In this document: in pieces, positions 1 through 10,587 of the stretch
Numbering within the stretch: the first letter of the stretch is position 1
Layout: each line of letters starts with the position of its first letter
Virus genome (UHGV): UHGV-0168042
Source: a virus
Direction: 5' to 3' (one strand)
Length of the DNA stretch: 64,000 nt
Program-made: the position numbers and the translations under genes
Notes under the pieces: generated by a model
Databases searched by the model: none
Told to the model about the DNA's origin: nothing
Seen by the model: only the letters and a program-made list of their open reading frames with translations

Positions 1-225
1 TGATTGCCAGAGCCTGCTCCTGCTGTGGAGTTTTCGGTGCTGGCGCTGCAGACGAAAAGCCCGCCATAGCCTGGTTGATTGCCAGAGCCTGCTCCTGCTG
101 TGGGGTTTTCGGTGCTGGCGCTGCAGACGAAAAGCCCGCCATAGCCTGGCTGATTGCCAGAGCCTGCTCCTGCTGTGGAATTTTCGGAGTAGAAGGGGAT
201 ACTTGATCTCCCGGAAGTAGATCAA
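1..225. repeat. 75-bp tandem direct repeat, about 3 copies (starts 1, 76, 151), in-frame within the giant virion gene
   Basis: tgattgccagagcctgctcctgctgtgg(a/g)gttttcggtgctggcgctgcagacgaaaagcccgccatagcctgg repeated with 1-2 substitutions; period 75 = 25 codons; array may continue upstream of the window. Confidence 0.9.
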
Positions 226-3200
226 TGATTTCTGTATCGTGATTAACAGTGCGTTTTTGTTGTATGGCTGTTGCGATATCAGCCACTTGAGAAGCTTTTT
301 TAAATCCAAAAGATTTACCGGTTAAGCCGGATATCTTTTCAGTAAGAGCCTGATCCATTCCTTTCGCTTTTTCGGAAAGCGAAGATATAGAACCAAACGA
401 AGTAGCCAACGCAAAATCCTTTACCAGGTCCAGACTTGTTCCAGCAAGGCTGGTAGCCGCGCCGCCAAATAAATTACTTGCACCACTGATTCCGCTTTCA
501 TTTATTGCGATTAACCGCTCAAGCAAACTCGATGGAGAGCCGGTATTAACATCAGCGTTCTCTGGATTAATCGGTTGTGGTTGGTTACCTGTTTTTTGTG
601 GCTTTTTGACTGCCTGGGCATGTTGTGCAACCTCAATTGGCTGTTGTGTTGCTGTCGGAACGGCATTCAAAACTGGTTGAGCTGGAGATTTTCCATTAGC
701 ATATTTTACCTTGCGACCAACACTATATTGCGAATCGCGGGCAATTAGCTGACCACCATTTTCTTTCTGAATTTTATTAATCCGCGCCAATGTTTCATCA
801 GAGAATTGCCCCTCCCATCGACCAGTGTTTGTGTTAAATGCTCCAAGTGCGTTCTTAATGAACTCATTATTAACTGCCGGATTTCCGCCTTCTTTCGTCG
901 CAATTGCACGAACTAATTGCGTCATAACCTCTGGTTTGCTGACATCTATTTTTTCATTAGGCGATACACCAAGATATTTACTGACGTTATCAATATATTG
1001 GTTAGTATTGTTCTCATTTGGCGGTGCCCATTTTGAAATGATGCTGGATACCGTCTGTAACTTCTGATATCCCGCTGCGGCACTGGTGCCGTTGTAATAG
1101 CTGGAAACCTGGTTTGCCAGTGCCCTGATCCCTTCTTCAGGTGTGTTAAATCGCGCAAAACGTTGTTCACCTTTTGCATTTGGCGATTCCAGCGTCGCCC
1201 CTTCCTGGTTGGCAAAAACAAGATTGCCGAGATTATTATTTCGGTAATTGCGGTTTTTAGCGTTGCTGCCGCCAATATTCAGATCCGCTGCAATGGTGTT
1301 GTTGGCAGGTGCACTAAATTCAGTTGGAGAAGTATACCCGTGCTCACCAACTCCATCCTCGCCATTACGCCCACCTTGTAATTGTTCACCTAGAGAATGA
1401 ATCGCATCGACAGTTTTTTTGGTGCCGTCTTCAACAGCTTTTTTTACTTGTTTCGTGTTTTCGTCAGTGGATAAAAATGTATCCTTAAGGCTACCAAAAA
1501 CAGATTTGGTGATATCTACCGCGCCGTTAACACCACGAGCAATATCTCCGGTATCAAAATTCTGAAGTTTTTCACCTGCTCTTTCAAATCCTAGCGCAGA
1601 AATTCCTTTCCCTATCAAGTTCGTTGCGCCCGACACCAAGCCCTCCATATCGAGCACATTAGCTGTTGCGTAAGCCGTTTTTTGCTGTTCGGATACAGCA
1701 TCATCGTCACTTAATCCAAAGGCTGCCTTTTGCGCATCTGTATCAGTGTAACCATCTATAGCGTCATATCCCGCCATAGCTAGCGATCCGATGATCGGGA
1801 TAGCTCTTGCAGCTGTAGAAGCAGCTGATTTAACACCTATTTTTGCAGCACTTTTGAGGGCTACGGATTCGGTTTTTTTCTTTGCAACAGTTTCACCTGT
1901 TTTAATTGTGGCCTCTTCGGCAACAACACCTGCTGGCTTAACTGCCTTTGCTGTGTTTTTTGTTTCTTTAGCAATACCCTTAGATGCGTCGCTTGTGGTG
2001 CTGATGTCTTTGGCTTTACTAACCTTTGTTTTAACAGTCTTTGCAGCTCCGGCACCAGCTCCAGCAGCAGCGGTTCCGGCAGCGGCTTTTTCACCAACAG
2101 AAAGGGCTTTTTTCCCCAGATTGCGACCTTTCCTTTTCGGTTTGTTCCGTTTATTTTTACCAGCCTGATCGCCAATATTGATTTTATTTCTTCTGCTTGC
2201 TCGATTTCTCCAGAGATCACTTAAGCCGAACTTATTCCCAGAAGATACTGATTTGCGTAGCTTAACTACTTCGTCGGAGACATTTTCCAGACCATCAATT
2301 ATTTTGTTGTCATTGGTCTGAAGAATTTTGGTTTGCTCTTCTACTGCTTGTGCGGATTTTGTCTCAACAGCGTTATTGAACGCTTTTGCAGATGTTGCTT
2401 TTTGAGAATTCACCGCCGCCGGATAAGTAATTACTGGTGATATCGCTTTCGAGGTTGATGTTTCTTTTTTTCCCTTTTCTACCCATTCTTTAAGAGATTC
2501 TGCTTTACCTGTGATCTCTTTAGTTATGTCGTACATGCCACGAGCCGCCATCCATAACGGCCCACCAGCACCGACACCAGCTGCATTTGTTAAAGACTCT
2601 TCACTGGAAGACTGATTGCCATCTACCCCCATAATGGAACCTAGCTTTCTGAGAAAGCCAGCTTGTAATTTTGCGTCGGCTTTACGTGCGTTCTGCAATT
2701 CTTTTTTTCTGGCTACATCCTCATTGCTTTTTTGGGATACAAAACGTCCACTACTATCCCGCAGCGGGCCTTTTAGACTTTGGGGGGATTGTGGTTCAAG
2801 AGGGGCTGAATTAGCAGCTACCGGTATAAAACCGTCCGGTTTTCGGATGGTCTGACGTGATTGCACGGAGCGAACACTTTCTGGTGTGTTCGTTGCAACG
2901 ATAGAGCGGTCCACGGTTTGGTTTATCGGTGCCCTTTCCTTTTTAGCAGGGAGACGTTTTTTATATGGGTTAGTTTGGACATCTCTAACGCTATCAGATG
3001 TACTTTGCTCGTAGTCTTTACGCCTGCGTGATAGTCTGTTGCTAACTCTGCCTTGCCTTTCGTCCTGTTGAGTTATGGTGCTTGCCCCAGAAAGAATGGC
3101 GTCTTTAACCTCAGCAAGAGCTTTAAGTTCGTTTGTGCTCGCCTCCTGAATAGCGTCAATTATTGCGATACGGTCTTTATTCTCTTTCAAAATAACCTCT

Positions 3201-3322
3201 CTTTTACCAGCGCGATCAACGTTTCCCAGCTTGAGCTTTGTATTTTTCTTCCAGGGCTTTTGACATATGGAGTGCTCGCCATTGCGGTAATTGTTCAACG
3301 TCGCTAACGGGCTGATATCCAT
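1..3322 (-). CDS. Large virion protein, 5' part only (runs off window start); Sit/tape-measure-like, with possible lytic-transglycosylase-like region and C-terminal 25-aa tandem repeats
   Basis: Manual minus-strand translation from ATG at 3322-3320 (MDISPLATLNNYRNGEH...) stays in the same frame as the repeat unit QAMAGFSSAAPAPKTPQQEQALAI at 1-225; no complete ORF in this frame is listed by the track, consistent with the stop lying outside the window. Absence of internal stops not fully verified. Confidence 0.55.
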   Translation of the reverse strand, partial: MDISPLATLNNYRNGEHSICQKPWKKNTKLKLGNVDRAGKREVILKENKDRIAIIDAIQEASTNELKALAEVKDAILSGASTITQQDERQGRVSNRLSRRRKDYEQSTSDSVRDVQTNPYKKRLPAKKERAPINQTVDRSIVATNTPESVRSVQSRQTIRKPDGFIPVAANSAPLEPQSPQSLKGPLRDSSGRFVSQKSNEDVARKKELQNARKADAKLQAGFLRKLGSIMGVDGNQSSSEESLTNAAGVGAGGPLWMAARGMYDITKEITGKAESLKEWVEKGKKETSTSKAISPVITYPAAVNSQKATSAKAFNNAVETKSAQAVEEQTKILQTNDNKIIDGLENVSDEVVKLRKSVSSGNKFGLSDLWRNRASRRNKINIGDQAGKNKRNKPKRKGRNLGKKALSVGEKAAAGTAAAGAGAGAAKTVKTKVSKAKDISTTSDASKGIAKETKNTAKAVKPAGVVAEEATIKTGETVAKKKTESVALKSAAKIGVKSAASTAARAIPIIGSLAMAGYDAIDGYTDTDAQKAAFGLSDDDAVSEQQKTAYATANVLDMEGLVSGATNLIGKGISALGFERAGEKLQNFDTGDIARGVNGAVDITKSVFGSLKDTFLSTDENTKQVKKAVEDGTKKTVDAIHSLGEQLQGGRNGEDGVGEHGYTSPTEFSAPANNTIAADLNIGGSNAKNRNYRNNNLGNLVFANQEGATLESPNAKGEQRFARFNTPEEGIRALANQVSSYYNGTSAAAGYQKLQTVSSIISKWAPPNENNTNQYIDNVSKYLGVSPNEKIDVSKPEVMTQLVRAIATKEGGNPAVNNEFIKNALGAFNTNTGRWEGQFSDETLARINKIQKENGGQLIARDSQYSVGRKVKYANGKSPAQPVLNAVPTATQQPIEVAQHAQAVKKPQKTGNQPQPINPENADVNTGSPSSLLERLIAINESGISGASNLFGGAATSLAGTSLDLVKDFALATSFGSISSLSEKAKGMDQALTEKISGLTGKSFGFKKASQVADIATAIQQKRTVNHDTEIIDLLPGDQVSPSTPKIPQQEQALAISQAMAGFSSAAPAPKTPQQEQALAINQAMAGFSSAAPAPKTPQQEQALAI

Positions 3323-3336
3323 ATAGAGTCAGGTTG

Positions 3337-4158
3337 TTAATAATGGTTAGCCATCCATTCAGATCTAATTGATGGGATAAACTCTCTATTGAGAAAGGGG
3401 ACGTACAGTGTGGTTGTCACATCTGCACCCTCCTTAGCGTTTTTGCAATGTTGCGGAGGCAGGATCAGTCGGCTTGTGCCTCTCTCAATAGACATTTTCA
3501 GGCCGTGGCGTAGGTCTTTTTGCATAAGCTGTATGCGAGCCACAAGCGGAGTAAATTCAGTTTCAAGCGCCATGCTTTCAATGATGTCAAAGCGTCGGTT
3601 AGCGGCCTGAGTGAAGTCCTCCGGATCGTCTTCAAGCGCCGTGCATAAAGCGAGTTCAGCAATTCGCATCCGTGCCACGCCAGCACTGTATTCGGGGCTT
3701 TTCATATCAGGAAGTGAAGCTCGCATTCGTTCAAGGAGTTCCGCGCCTTTCCCGGTTAATGGTTTAAGTATCCAGTCAGTTGGTACTCCATTTACTGGTA
3801 CGTTGGTTTTCACGTAAGGAGGTACAGTGAGTATTTCTACTGTTTGGGCCAGGTCGCTCAGGTTAATATCTGCATGATGCGTATTACCGCAGTGACTGCA
3901 CTCATAGGAGTAGGTCATTACTGCATCGGGGCGCGAATTAACAAATATCCACCAAAGAGCAGTTCTGCGATCCTGAACTGTCCAGTTAGCACTGTCGTTA
4001 ATTTCACCATCCTGCATAGAGTTAAGGTACTCTGTAGTAGTTGCCTCATCTTCTGCCGGGTTCAGGTCAGAATATTTCAGCGCATCCTTCACGGTAGGGG
4101 CGTGGAACTGAATTTCTGTCTCAGGACGGGAAGGCAATGGAAATTTTGGAATGTTCAA
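3337..4158 (-). CDS. Hypothetical phage virion/morphogenesis protein (273 aa)
   Basis: Complete ORF in track, co-oriented with and immediately upstream of the giant virion gene; no recognisable motif. Confidence 0.5.
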   Translation of the reverse strand: MNIPKFPLPSRPETEIQFHAPTVKDALKYSDLNPAEDEATTTEYLNSMQDGEINDSANWTVQDRRTALWWIFVNSRPDAVMTYSYECSHCGNTHHADINLSDLAQTVEILTVPPYVKTNVPVNGVPTDWILKPLTGKGAELLERMRASLPDMKSPEYSAGVARMRIAELALCTALEDDPEDFTQAANRRFDIIESMALETEFTPLVARIQLMQKDLRHGLKMSIERGTSRLILPPQHCKNAKEGADVTTTLYVPFLNREFIPSIRSEWMANHY

Positions 4159-4403
4159 TTATTCCTCCGAAAAGCAGGTATCTGTTCATTTTCCAGAGGA
4201 TAGGGAGTGTGTGATTTGCGATGGGGATTGAATGAAGATCTTTGCCGGTCGAGAAGCGATTATTGAGGGTGATTTTTACACCTTAAGTGACGCTACTCAC
4301 ATATCCACAGAGTATTTTTATAAACCTTTTTCCATTTTTAATCCTTTTTAGATCCTTTTTAGGCGTCGCTGGAGCCAGTAGTGGCGCGGGCTGTAGAGGA
4401 GTC

Positions 4404-4522
4404 TGGTGTAAGATTTGCCCTCAATTAGATACGATCGGTGTAAGATTTGCCCTCAGAAGGTGTAAGATTTGCCCTCAAAAGGTGTAGTAATTGCCCTCAA
4501 AGTGATGTAAAAATTGCCCTCA
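4404..4522. repeat. Iteron array, 5 direct repeats of about 19 bp (ggtgtaagatttgccctca and variants) at 22-32 bp spacing
   Basis: Copies start at 4404, 4436, 4458, 4480, 4504; directly upstream of the rep gene. Confidence 0.85.
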
Positions 4523-4546
4523 CCATTTGAAGGATCACACAGGGTT

Positions 4547-5302
4547 ATGAACAGAGCGGAATTAACAGCAAAAGCCGTCAGCCTGATTGAGTCAGCGACA
4601 CCTATTAGTCGTAGTTTGGCACAAGCCAATGAGATCACGGAGGCTGCTTATCACCTGACTCGCGACCAAAAGCGACTGTTGTTTATTGTGGTGGGAAGAC
4701 TTCGCTATGCTTCTAAGGATGGCGTTCTTGGTTCAGGTGCCTGTGAGTTGACGGTCAACGAATATGCAGAGATGTATAATTTGCCCTCTGCTGAAGCCAG
4801 CAAGGATATTCGTAAGGCCATTTCAGGTCTTAGCGAGAAGAAAGTTACGATATATAACCCTGATGAATCGACCGAATCAGAAGACAGTTATGAGTCTTAT
4901 CCTTGGATGATTAAGGATGCCTATTCACCACGGCGCGGGACTTACATTATTCATCTTAATCCATATCTCATGCCGTTTTTTACTCTGCTTGATAAGAGAT
5001 TCACAAGGCTGAATTTTACCGAAGTATCTCGCCTTACAAATCCTTATTCTATGCGGCTTTATGAGTCCTTATGCCAGTACAGGAAGGATGATGGAAGCGG
5101 CTTTGCCATACTTGGCGTCGAATGGATGCGGGAGCGTTATGGGTTACCAAAAAGCTATCAGCGGTATGCCGAATTTAAGAGAAGTTTTTTAACGAAGGCT
5201 GTAGCAGAGATTGAAAAAAATACAAAAATGAAAATAGTCTTCTCAGAGGTGACGGAAGGCGGCAAAGTTACCAGGATAAAATTTACCTATCAGCAGTCTT
5301 AA
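4547..5302 (+). CDS. repA: Iteron-binding plasmid replication initiator (Rep_3/RepA-like)
   Basis: Track ORF 4514-5302 starts at TTG; first ATG at 4547 (MNRAELTAK...). Protein resembles Rep_3 initiators (central NEYAEMYNLPSAEASKDIRKAISGL, C-terminal winged-helix-like region). Flanked on both sides by iterons. Confidence 0.8.
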   Translation: MNRAELTAKAVSLIESATPISRSLAQANEITEAAYHLTRDQKRLLFIVVGRLRYASKDGVLGSGACELTVNEYAEMYNLPSAEASKDIRKAISGLSEKKVTIYNPDESTESEDSYESYPWMIKDAYSPRRGTYIIHLNPYLMPFFTLLDKRFTRLNFTEVSRLTNPYSMRLYESLCQYRKDDGSGFAILGVEWMRERYGLPKSYQRYAEFKRSFLTKAVAEIEKNTKMKIVFSEVTEGGKVTRIKFTYQQS

Positions 5303-5593
5303 GGGCAATTTTTACACCCCTCTCAAGGTGTAGAATTTGCCCTTAACGATCGGCAATTGAGGGCAATTTTTACATCTTAATTGCATGTATCTTGTTATTG
5401 GCAAGTTGTGTTTTTATATAACATATTGATATGTAAGGATTATGTAAAAATCACCCTCAACCAATATCGTGCGTATCGTGCATTCTTATTGCGCTTTTTT
5501 ATTATCATTCACTGTGTTAACTGATTGATATTATTGAAATGTGTAAAGAATGCCTTCATTACAGATGGATTAATGATGTAAAAAATGCCCTCA
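5302..5593. repeat. Second iteron cluster downstream of rep, both orientations, with AT-rich stretch (candidate origin / copy-control locus)
   Basis: Reverse copies at 5302-5318 and 5358-5376 (exact reverse complement of iteron 5), forward copies at 5327-5345, 5442-5459, 5575-5593; AT-rich tgtttttatataacatattgatatg between. Confidence 0.7.
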
Positions 5594-5683
5594 AAATTGC
5601 GCTACCTTCCCTACCCGCTATCGTTGAGGGCGTGGGTGCTGACGGGAAATGAGCAACCCTCCAGCACACATAATTAAAGCTAT

Positions 5684-6391
5684 TCAGAATTTGATCACTC
5701 CACTCACAGCCCCCTTTAACGCACTTGTAGCCATGCCAGCGGCACCGTTGACCAAAGCAGAAACACCTGAGCCTGCGGATGTGTATTTCTGGAAAGTGAT
5801 TGGGTATGACAAGAACTCTGACACCTGATCACGTGAGCGAGTGATTTCCCCAAGTTGAGTAGGAAATACGCGCATTTCTTCTTCCAGTTCTTTTCCGCCG
5901 TCCTGAGTCACCCGGTAGACACGGATTTTCATCAGATATTCAGGAGGAAGGTTTATTGTTCCATCAGGATTTGTTACACGAGAACGACGCTCTTTGAACC
6001 AGTCCATGATCTTGCCATCTTCGGTATCCCTCACGGTCATAGTGACCGGTCCGGCGCTAACATAGGTTGGCTTGCTGAATTCTACGCTGCCGATCACCTT
6101 GCTTTCTGTCTCAATGTTTCCACTGCTGTAGGTGATATCCTTCACGAACATATCGAAGCCGTTCAGGCCATCCACTTCAACGGTCCACTGCCACCCCTGG
6201 GCGTAACGGATACGCATAGCGGCAGCAACAATATTTTTCCCGTAGGCAATATCGCTACTGTAATTCCCGCTTACCCCGCCGCCTGATATGGCTTTATCAA
6301 GAATGTCGCTAATGAGGTTGCTGGTGAATGATTTCGTGTTAAATGACAATGCGGTGGTCAACGTTCTACCAACGCTGCTGAAAATACTCAC
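5684..6391 (-). CDS. Hypothetical virion protein (235 aa)
   Basis: Complete ORF, tightly packed in the minus-strand structural gene run. Confidence 0.5.
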   Translation of the reverse strand: MSIFSSVGRTLTTALSFNTKSFTSNLISDILDKAISGGGVSGNYSSDIAYGKNIVAAAMRIRYAQGWQWTVEVDGLNGFDMFVKDITYSSGNIETESKVIGSVEFSKPTYVSAGPVTMTVRDTEDGKIMDWFKERRSRVTNPDGTINLPPEYLMKIRVYRVTQDGGKELEEEMRVFPTQLGEITRSRDQVSEFLSYPITFQKYTSAGSGVSALVNGAAGMATSALKGAVSGVIKF

Positions 6392-6406
6392 TCTGCGCCT
6401 CCAGCG

Positions 6407-6958
6407 TTAAAAAATGGTAGCCCCCGGAATAATGGCCCGGTTTGAGGACATTTTTTCCTCAATCTCCTGCACGCGGGCATATAGTGTGGCTTCATCGGGC
6501 AGATCGGAGTAGTCAAATTTCCCGTCGATGGACGCTCTACGCTGCCGGGCGACATTTCTTACATTGATAAGTGCCTCCAGATATTCCTCCAACATTCCAA
6601 TGATTGCAGGAGGCACTTGCCATTCATCTAGCTCTCTGTCGCGTAGATTAACCAGATACAGCATTCGAAAAGGCCAGCGTTCTGAACCTGTTAGCTCTAA
6701 TTCAATAAATCCGGATAATTCATCCGAATAGACCAACAAGCCGTTGTTGTCAGTAACATGAACCAGAGAGAGATAATCTTCTGGCCACGGGATTGCAGTA
6801 CCACCAGCTTTTTCAAGTTTTAACGTTTTCACTACCCCTGCCCTGTCCTGATACGTGGTCAGAGCTTTGATCAGGAAGGCTTTCAGCGTTTCTTCTTCAC
6901 GCACAAGCAGTGGATTAAATCGTGCTTTAACGCTTTCTAATAATTCGGTTGGTGTCAT
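6407..6958 (-). CDS. Hypothetical virion protein (183 aa)
   Basis: Complete ORF in structural run, 16 bp from neighbour. Confidence 0.5.
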   Translation of the reverse strand: MTPTELLESVKARFNPLLVREEETLKAFLIKALTTYQDRAGVVKTLKLEKAGGTAIPWPEDYLSLVHVTDNNGLLVYSDELSGFIELELTGSERWPFRMLYLVNLRDRELDEWQVPPAIIGMLEEYLEALINVRNVARQRRASIDGKFDYSDLPDEATLYARVQEIEEKMSSNRAIIPGATIF

Positions 6959-7010
6959 CGTACCTACAACTCAAATACAAGGAATTCCCGCCACAAGGGC
7001 GGGAAAGAGA

Positions 7011-7502
7011 TCACTCTACCCAGTTGTAAACAATACGCAGGGAAGGCTTAACGACCGCTGTTACGTCTTCGGATGAGAAGTCCACGGCGTCGGAATACAC
7101 TTTGCAATGAGAATATGTGCGGATCAGACCTTTATGGTTACCGCTATTCGATTCAGCCGCCGCCTGTAAGGTAATTTCCAGATATTCTTTTCCGTATACC
7201 ATCTGTTTTACAGCGGCGAGAACTGCGCCTTCGATAGTTTCCGCGCATGTAACCTGAAATTCACCAGAGTTGCGTAATGGTCCGTGCTGGTTGAATTTCA
7301 TGCCACCAGGGGCGTAATCCTCCACATCTTCACGTGTCATTTCTGGTAACTGAGCTGTACGAACTAGTACAGACAGATGTTCGTAACCCTTAATGGTCAT
7401 CCAATATTCAGAACCAATAAGTTTTTCGCCTGCAGCCAGGTTTTTATTAAACCGGGATTTTAGAAAGGCCATATCGGCTTTTGTATTTGCAAAACCGGAC
7501 AT
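7011..7502 (-). CDS. Hypothetical virion protein (163 aa), size and position compatible with a tail tube protein
   Basis: Complete ORF; tube assignment is positional only (downstream of a 552-aa sheath-sized gene). Confidence 0.4.
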   Translation of the reverse strand: MSGFANTKADMAFLKSRFNKNLAAGEKLIGSEYWMTIKGYEHLSVLVRTAQLPEMTREDVEDYAPGGMKFNQHGPLRNSGEFQVTCAETIEGAVLAAVKQMVYGKEYLEITLQAAAESNSGNHKGLIRTYSHCKVYSDAVDFSSEDVTAVVKPSLRIVYNWVE

Positions 7503-7510
7503 AAATACTC

Positions 7511-8101
7511 CTACACAAAAACAGATGAGATATTGCTACGGTTGATCGATGTGTTACCGCTGCATTGCAGGGTTACCGTGTTATGAGTGAAATAGCCTTC
7601 CGGTGTGCGCGGGGCGTCCAGTTGGTAACTCACGCTTTTGATAACAACGTCGGTAAGGGCTATGTTCCTACCTATGTTTAACGTTACTGTCTCCGGGCGA
7701 CGACCGAATGGCGCTACATTGTTCAGTTCCGGCGATTCCATCTTCAGCAATGCTGTAATGGCTGCGTTCACTTCAAGTTGCGCGTTCGTTGTCGCCATGA
7801 AATCAATTACCAGATTAAATTCAGGCGGTTGCTGACCTTCCCAAACAAGCATTGAGTTGAAGAGGGTTTTTGTTGTTACGCCGGTTGCGGTCTGAAGCGT
7901 ATCTGCAAGAGAGCCAGCCGCAGCGCTAATACCGCCAAGCAAACCTCCTACTGACTGGTTTTCAAATGGTGATTGCCACATTGATGACAGTTCTGCGGTA
8001 GATCCTTCACCGATATAACCGACGACCATATCCTCTGAAGAGAGGATATAAACCTTCATTAACGGACTTATTCCGTCAGGCATTATCGCGCCGCAAATCA
8101 A
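7511..8101 (-). CDS. Hypothetical virion protein (196 aa)
   Basis: Complete ORF in structural run. Confidence 0.5.
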   Translation of the reverse strand: MICGAIMPDGISPLMKVYILSSEDMVVGYIGEGSTAELSSMWQSPFENQSVGGLLGGISAAAGSLADTLQTATGVTTKTLFNSMLVWEGQQPPEFNLVIDFMATTNAQLEVNAAITALLKMESPELNNVAPFGRRPETVTLNIGRNIALTDVVIKSVSYQLDAPRTPEGYFTHNTVTLQCSGNTSINRSNISSVFV

Positions 8102-8150
8102 ACGCTATTTCTCCCAGGTAGAGGCCACCTTTGCAGACGGCCTATGTCAC

Positions 8151-8891
8151 TTACAAACCGCGTTTTTTGCGAATGCGCATTGATTTTTTGCGGTTGATAT
8201 TCGCTACGGATGTATGTGCTTTGCGGCGTGCTTTTTTCAGCGCCTGTTTTTGCAATGACGTCATGCGGCGAGGACGCGGGCGTTTACGGATGATGGTAAC
8301 CTTGCCATCACGAACCACTTTTTTACGTACCGCTTCCAGCATTGCGCTATCACCACCAGCAACGGTGTAAATGGCAATAGCTGTTTCCATCATGTCGGTG
8401 TCGCTTTCGGAAAGAGCGTCATAAACACGTTCGGCAGCTGAGTCATCTTCATCGTCGATCATTTCGGTTACATCGTCCTGATCAGCGCCAAGCGCAACAG
8501 CTGCATCAGCAAGAGCTGCGAGAGCATCGTTATAAGCATCGATTTGCTCATCGGTGAAATCGGTGTCTTCATCGATATCAGCCAGGCCAGCCATAGTGAT
8601 TGCTAATGCATCAAATGAGTCAGCCTCCGGATCACCATCTTCAACCCAACCAGCAATCATGGAAGCTGCCAGGCTGCGCATATCACCTTGTGCACGGGAT
8701 TCAACCGCTTCCATCATCGCGGTTTCAATGTCGTCTTTGGGCTTTGGTTGAGTGTCCTTTCCTTTCTGTCCTGCGCTTTCCAGCATGGCGTTATCATTAT
8801 TGTCCTGAGTGGATTTATCACCGCTTTCAAAGCAGCCAGAACCGAAAATCGCACGCATAAACGGATCAGCAGTATAATTTTTCATATTCAA
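8151..8891 (-). CDS. Hypothetical protein (246 aa) with strongly acidic body and very basic C-terminal tail (RKRPRPRR...RKKRGL)
   Basis: Composition read from translation; could be scaffold-like or an internal DNA-binding protein. Confidence 0.45.
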   Translation of the reverse strand: MNMKNYTADPFMRAIFGSGCFESGDKSTQDNNDNAMLESAGQKGKDTQPKPKDDIETAMMEAVESRAQGDMRSLAASMIAGWVEDGDPEADSFDALAITMAGLADIDEDTDFTDEQIDAYNDALAALADAAVALGADQDDVTEMIDDEDDSAAERVYDALSESDTDMMETAIAIYTVAGGDSAMLEAVRKKVVRDGKVTIIRKRPRPRRMTSLQKQALKKARRKAHTSVANINRKKSMRIRKKRGL

Positions 8892-8928
8892 ACCTCTCTC
8901 CCCCGCATCATTTAGCGGGGGTTATAAA

Positions 8929-10587
8929 TCAGCGCATCAGAATTGGCTTACCGACGATTCGGCGAGCTGTACCGGTCGGACAAACAGACCAGGCCACTTC
9001 CCACAGATCGATGTCCTTTTGGACAACCTGAACAACATATGGATCTTCACCCTGGGACTTGTCACGTGGAGTAACCAGCGCACCGGCTGCAACGTAACGG
9101 TCAAGCAATTCAGTCATTGCTTTCATTAGCGCTTCTTTGGTAATGCCATCCGGTTCGTGCTTAATCGCCTGAGCTACTTCATAGAAATCTCTGGCGATGG
9201 CGTTCATCAAGGAAGACACATGCTGGAATCGCAGATAGTTGTTTTTGCTGTAAGTTGTTAAAGAGTCGTCAATGTAAACGGACCCGTCAGCAGCAACTGA
9301 AACTGGATTAATGCGCGCAAGAACGAACGCTTCACGATCAACTGCACCGATATTTGGAATTCGGGCAATGTTCTGTCGATCAATAATCGCGCGTGATATA
9401 CCTGCCGGTGCGTAATGCCAACCACCAACATCCGGTACCAGCGCCACTCCTTTTGCCTTCGCTACGAATGCGTCGCAGCTAATGCCATAGACGACATTCA
9501 TTCCAGTGAAAGTATCTCGGCAGGAGAGCGGGAAGTAGTAACGGCTTGGTTGATGTGAGCCGCCAAAACTATGGCTTTTCGCTTCTGAAATAGCGTTTTC
9601 AGGTGTCTGGTTGCCCTTCAGGTCATAGAACATGTCTACGCGAACATCTTCAGCCAGCTTTTTGATTGCGGCTAAGGCGGATGCGTCATAACAACCCAAT
9701 GACAGCAATGCGGTGTAATTAACCTCTGAAGCTTCGAGAACCTTTAATGCTTCCAGATAGTCTGCAGCGGCAATTTCGGACAGATTTCCATCAGTACCAC
9801 CTTCAAAAGCCACATCCTCAAAAATGAGTTGAGCAGCGGATGCTTCTGCATTATCTGCCAGTACGGCACCAATGCGAGTGGACTGGCTTTCAAGCAGTGT
9901 CGGAATCCATGCTGGTTGGCCCATGTCGTTGGTGCCTTCTGGATTGAAAGACACTTGGTGGCTTTCCAGCACCTCAATGGACCCATCGGTTTTTTTTTCT
10001 TTCAGCGTCAGCGTAAAGAGTTCGCTTTCTTCATCATCGCGAGTTAGTGATAACGTGCGATTTTGAGATGCATCACCATCTTTGATGAAGAATAATGCCT
10101 TCTCTCCACCTTTAATCTGGGGCGTCTCTTTGGGTGTGAAGGTCACTGATTGAGTCGTTGCAGTTGGAGCAACACCAACGCTTAATGTGTCACCTGGATT
10201 TGCTGTGGTTTCAGTAGGTTCAACGGAAAGTTCTTTGCTCGCCTTTGCCGCTTTTGCTTTGCCCACAACGGAAACAGAAATACCCGGCACCTTCATGTCT
10301 TTAGCGCAAACTCGAACGACATATCCAGAGCCGCCTTTTACTGCACGCTCCACGTGGCGATATGGTTCAAATGCCGCGCCCAGGCGAGGGTGAATCGGTG
10401 AACCTAATACGCTTTGATAAGTCGTATCGTCAACTTTCAGTACCTTACCCGGTGCGCCACGACGCGATATTACAAGCCCAGCAAAGACGGATGCGCCACC
10501 GCTGGTATTGGTGAGGGTAGCGTCAGCATTTACTGACATTACAGCAACGCCAGCTGCCTGCCCTACCGAAAAACTAATCTTATTCAT
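8929..10587 (-). CDS. Large virion protein (552 aa); candidate tail sheath or capsid protein
   Basis: Long ORF, good RBS context; assignment by size and gene order only. Confidence 0.5.
   Translation of the reverse strand: MNKISFSVGQAAGVAVMSVNADATLTNTSGGASVFAGLVISRRGAPGKVLKVDDTTYQSVLGSPIHPRLGAAFEPYRHVERAVKGGSGYVVRVCAKDMKVPGISVSVVGKAKAAKASKELSVEPTETTANPGDTLSVGVAPTATTQSVTFTPKETPQIKGGEKALFFIKDGDASQNRTLSLTRDDEESELFTLTLKEKKTDGSIEVLESHQVSFNPEGTNDMGQPAWIPTLLESQSTRIGAVLADNAEASAAQLIFEDVAFEGGTDGNLSEIAAADYLEALKVLEASEVNYTALLSLGCYDASALAAIKKLAEDVRVDMFYDLKGNQTPENAISEAKSHSFGGSHQPSRYYFPLSCRDTFTGMNVVYGISCDAFVAKAKGVALVPDVGGWHYAPAGISRAIIDRQNIARIPNIGAVDREAFVLARINPVSVAADGSVYIDDSLTTYSKNNYLRFQHVSSLMNAIARDFYEVAQAIKHEPDGITKEALMKAMTELLDRYVAAGALVTPRDKSQGEDPYVVQVVQKDIDLWEVAWSVCPTGTARRIVGKPILMR

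Noticed and set aside
1-225. Tandem direct repeats that might suggest a CRISPR array
   Set aside because: Units are 75 bp with no unique spacers, are in-frame with a long coding ORF, and no cas genes are present.
825-3307. Short ORFs on both strands listed by the track within 1-3322
   Set aside because: They lie inside, in other frames or antisense to, the single long minus-strand reading frame that spans the region.
4404-5593. Short direct repeats that could be mistaken for a CRISPR-like or satellite array
   Set aside because: 19-bp units at about 22-bp helical phasing flanking a Rep_3 initiator gene are iterons of a plasmid origin.
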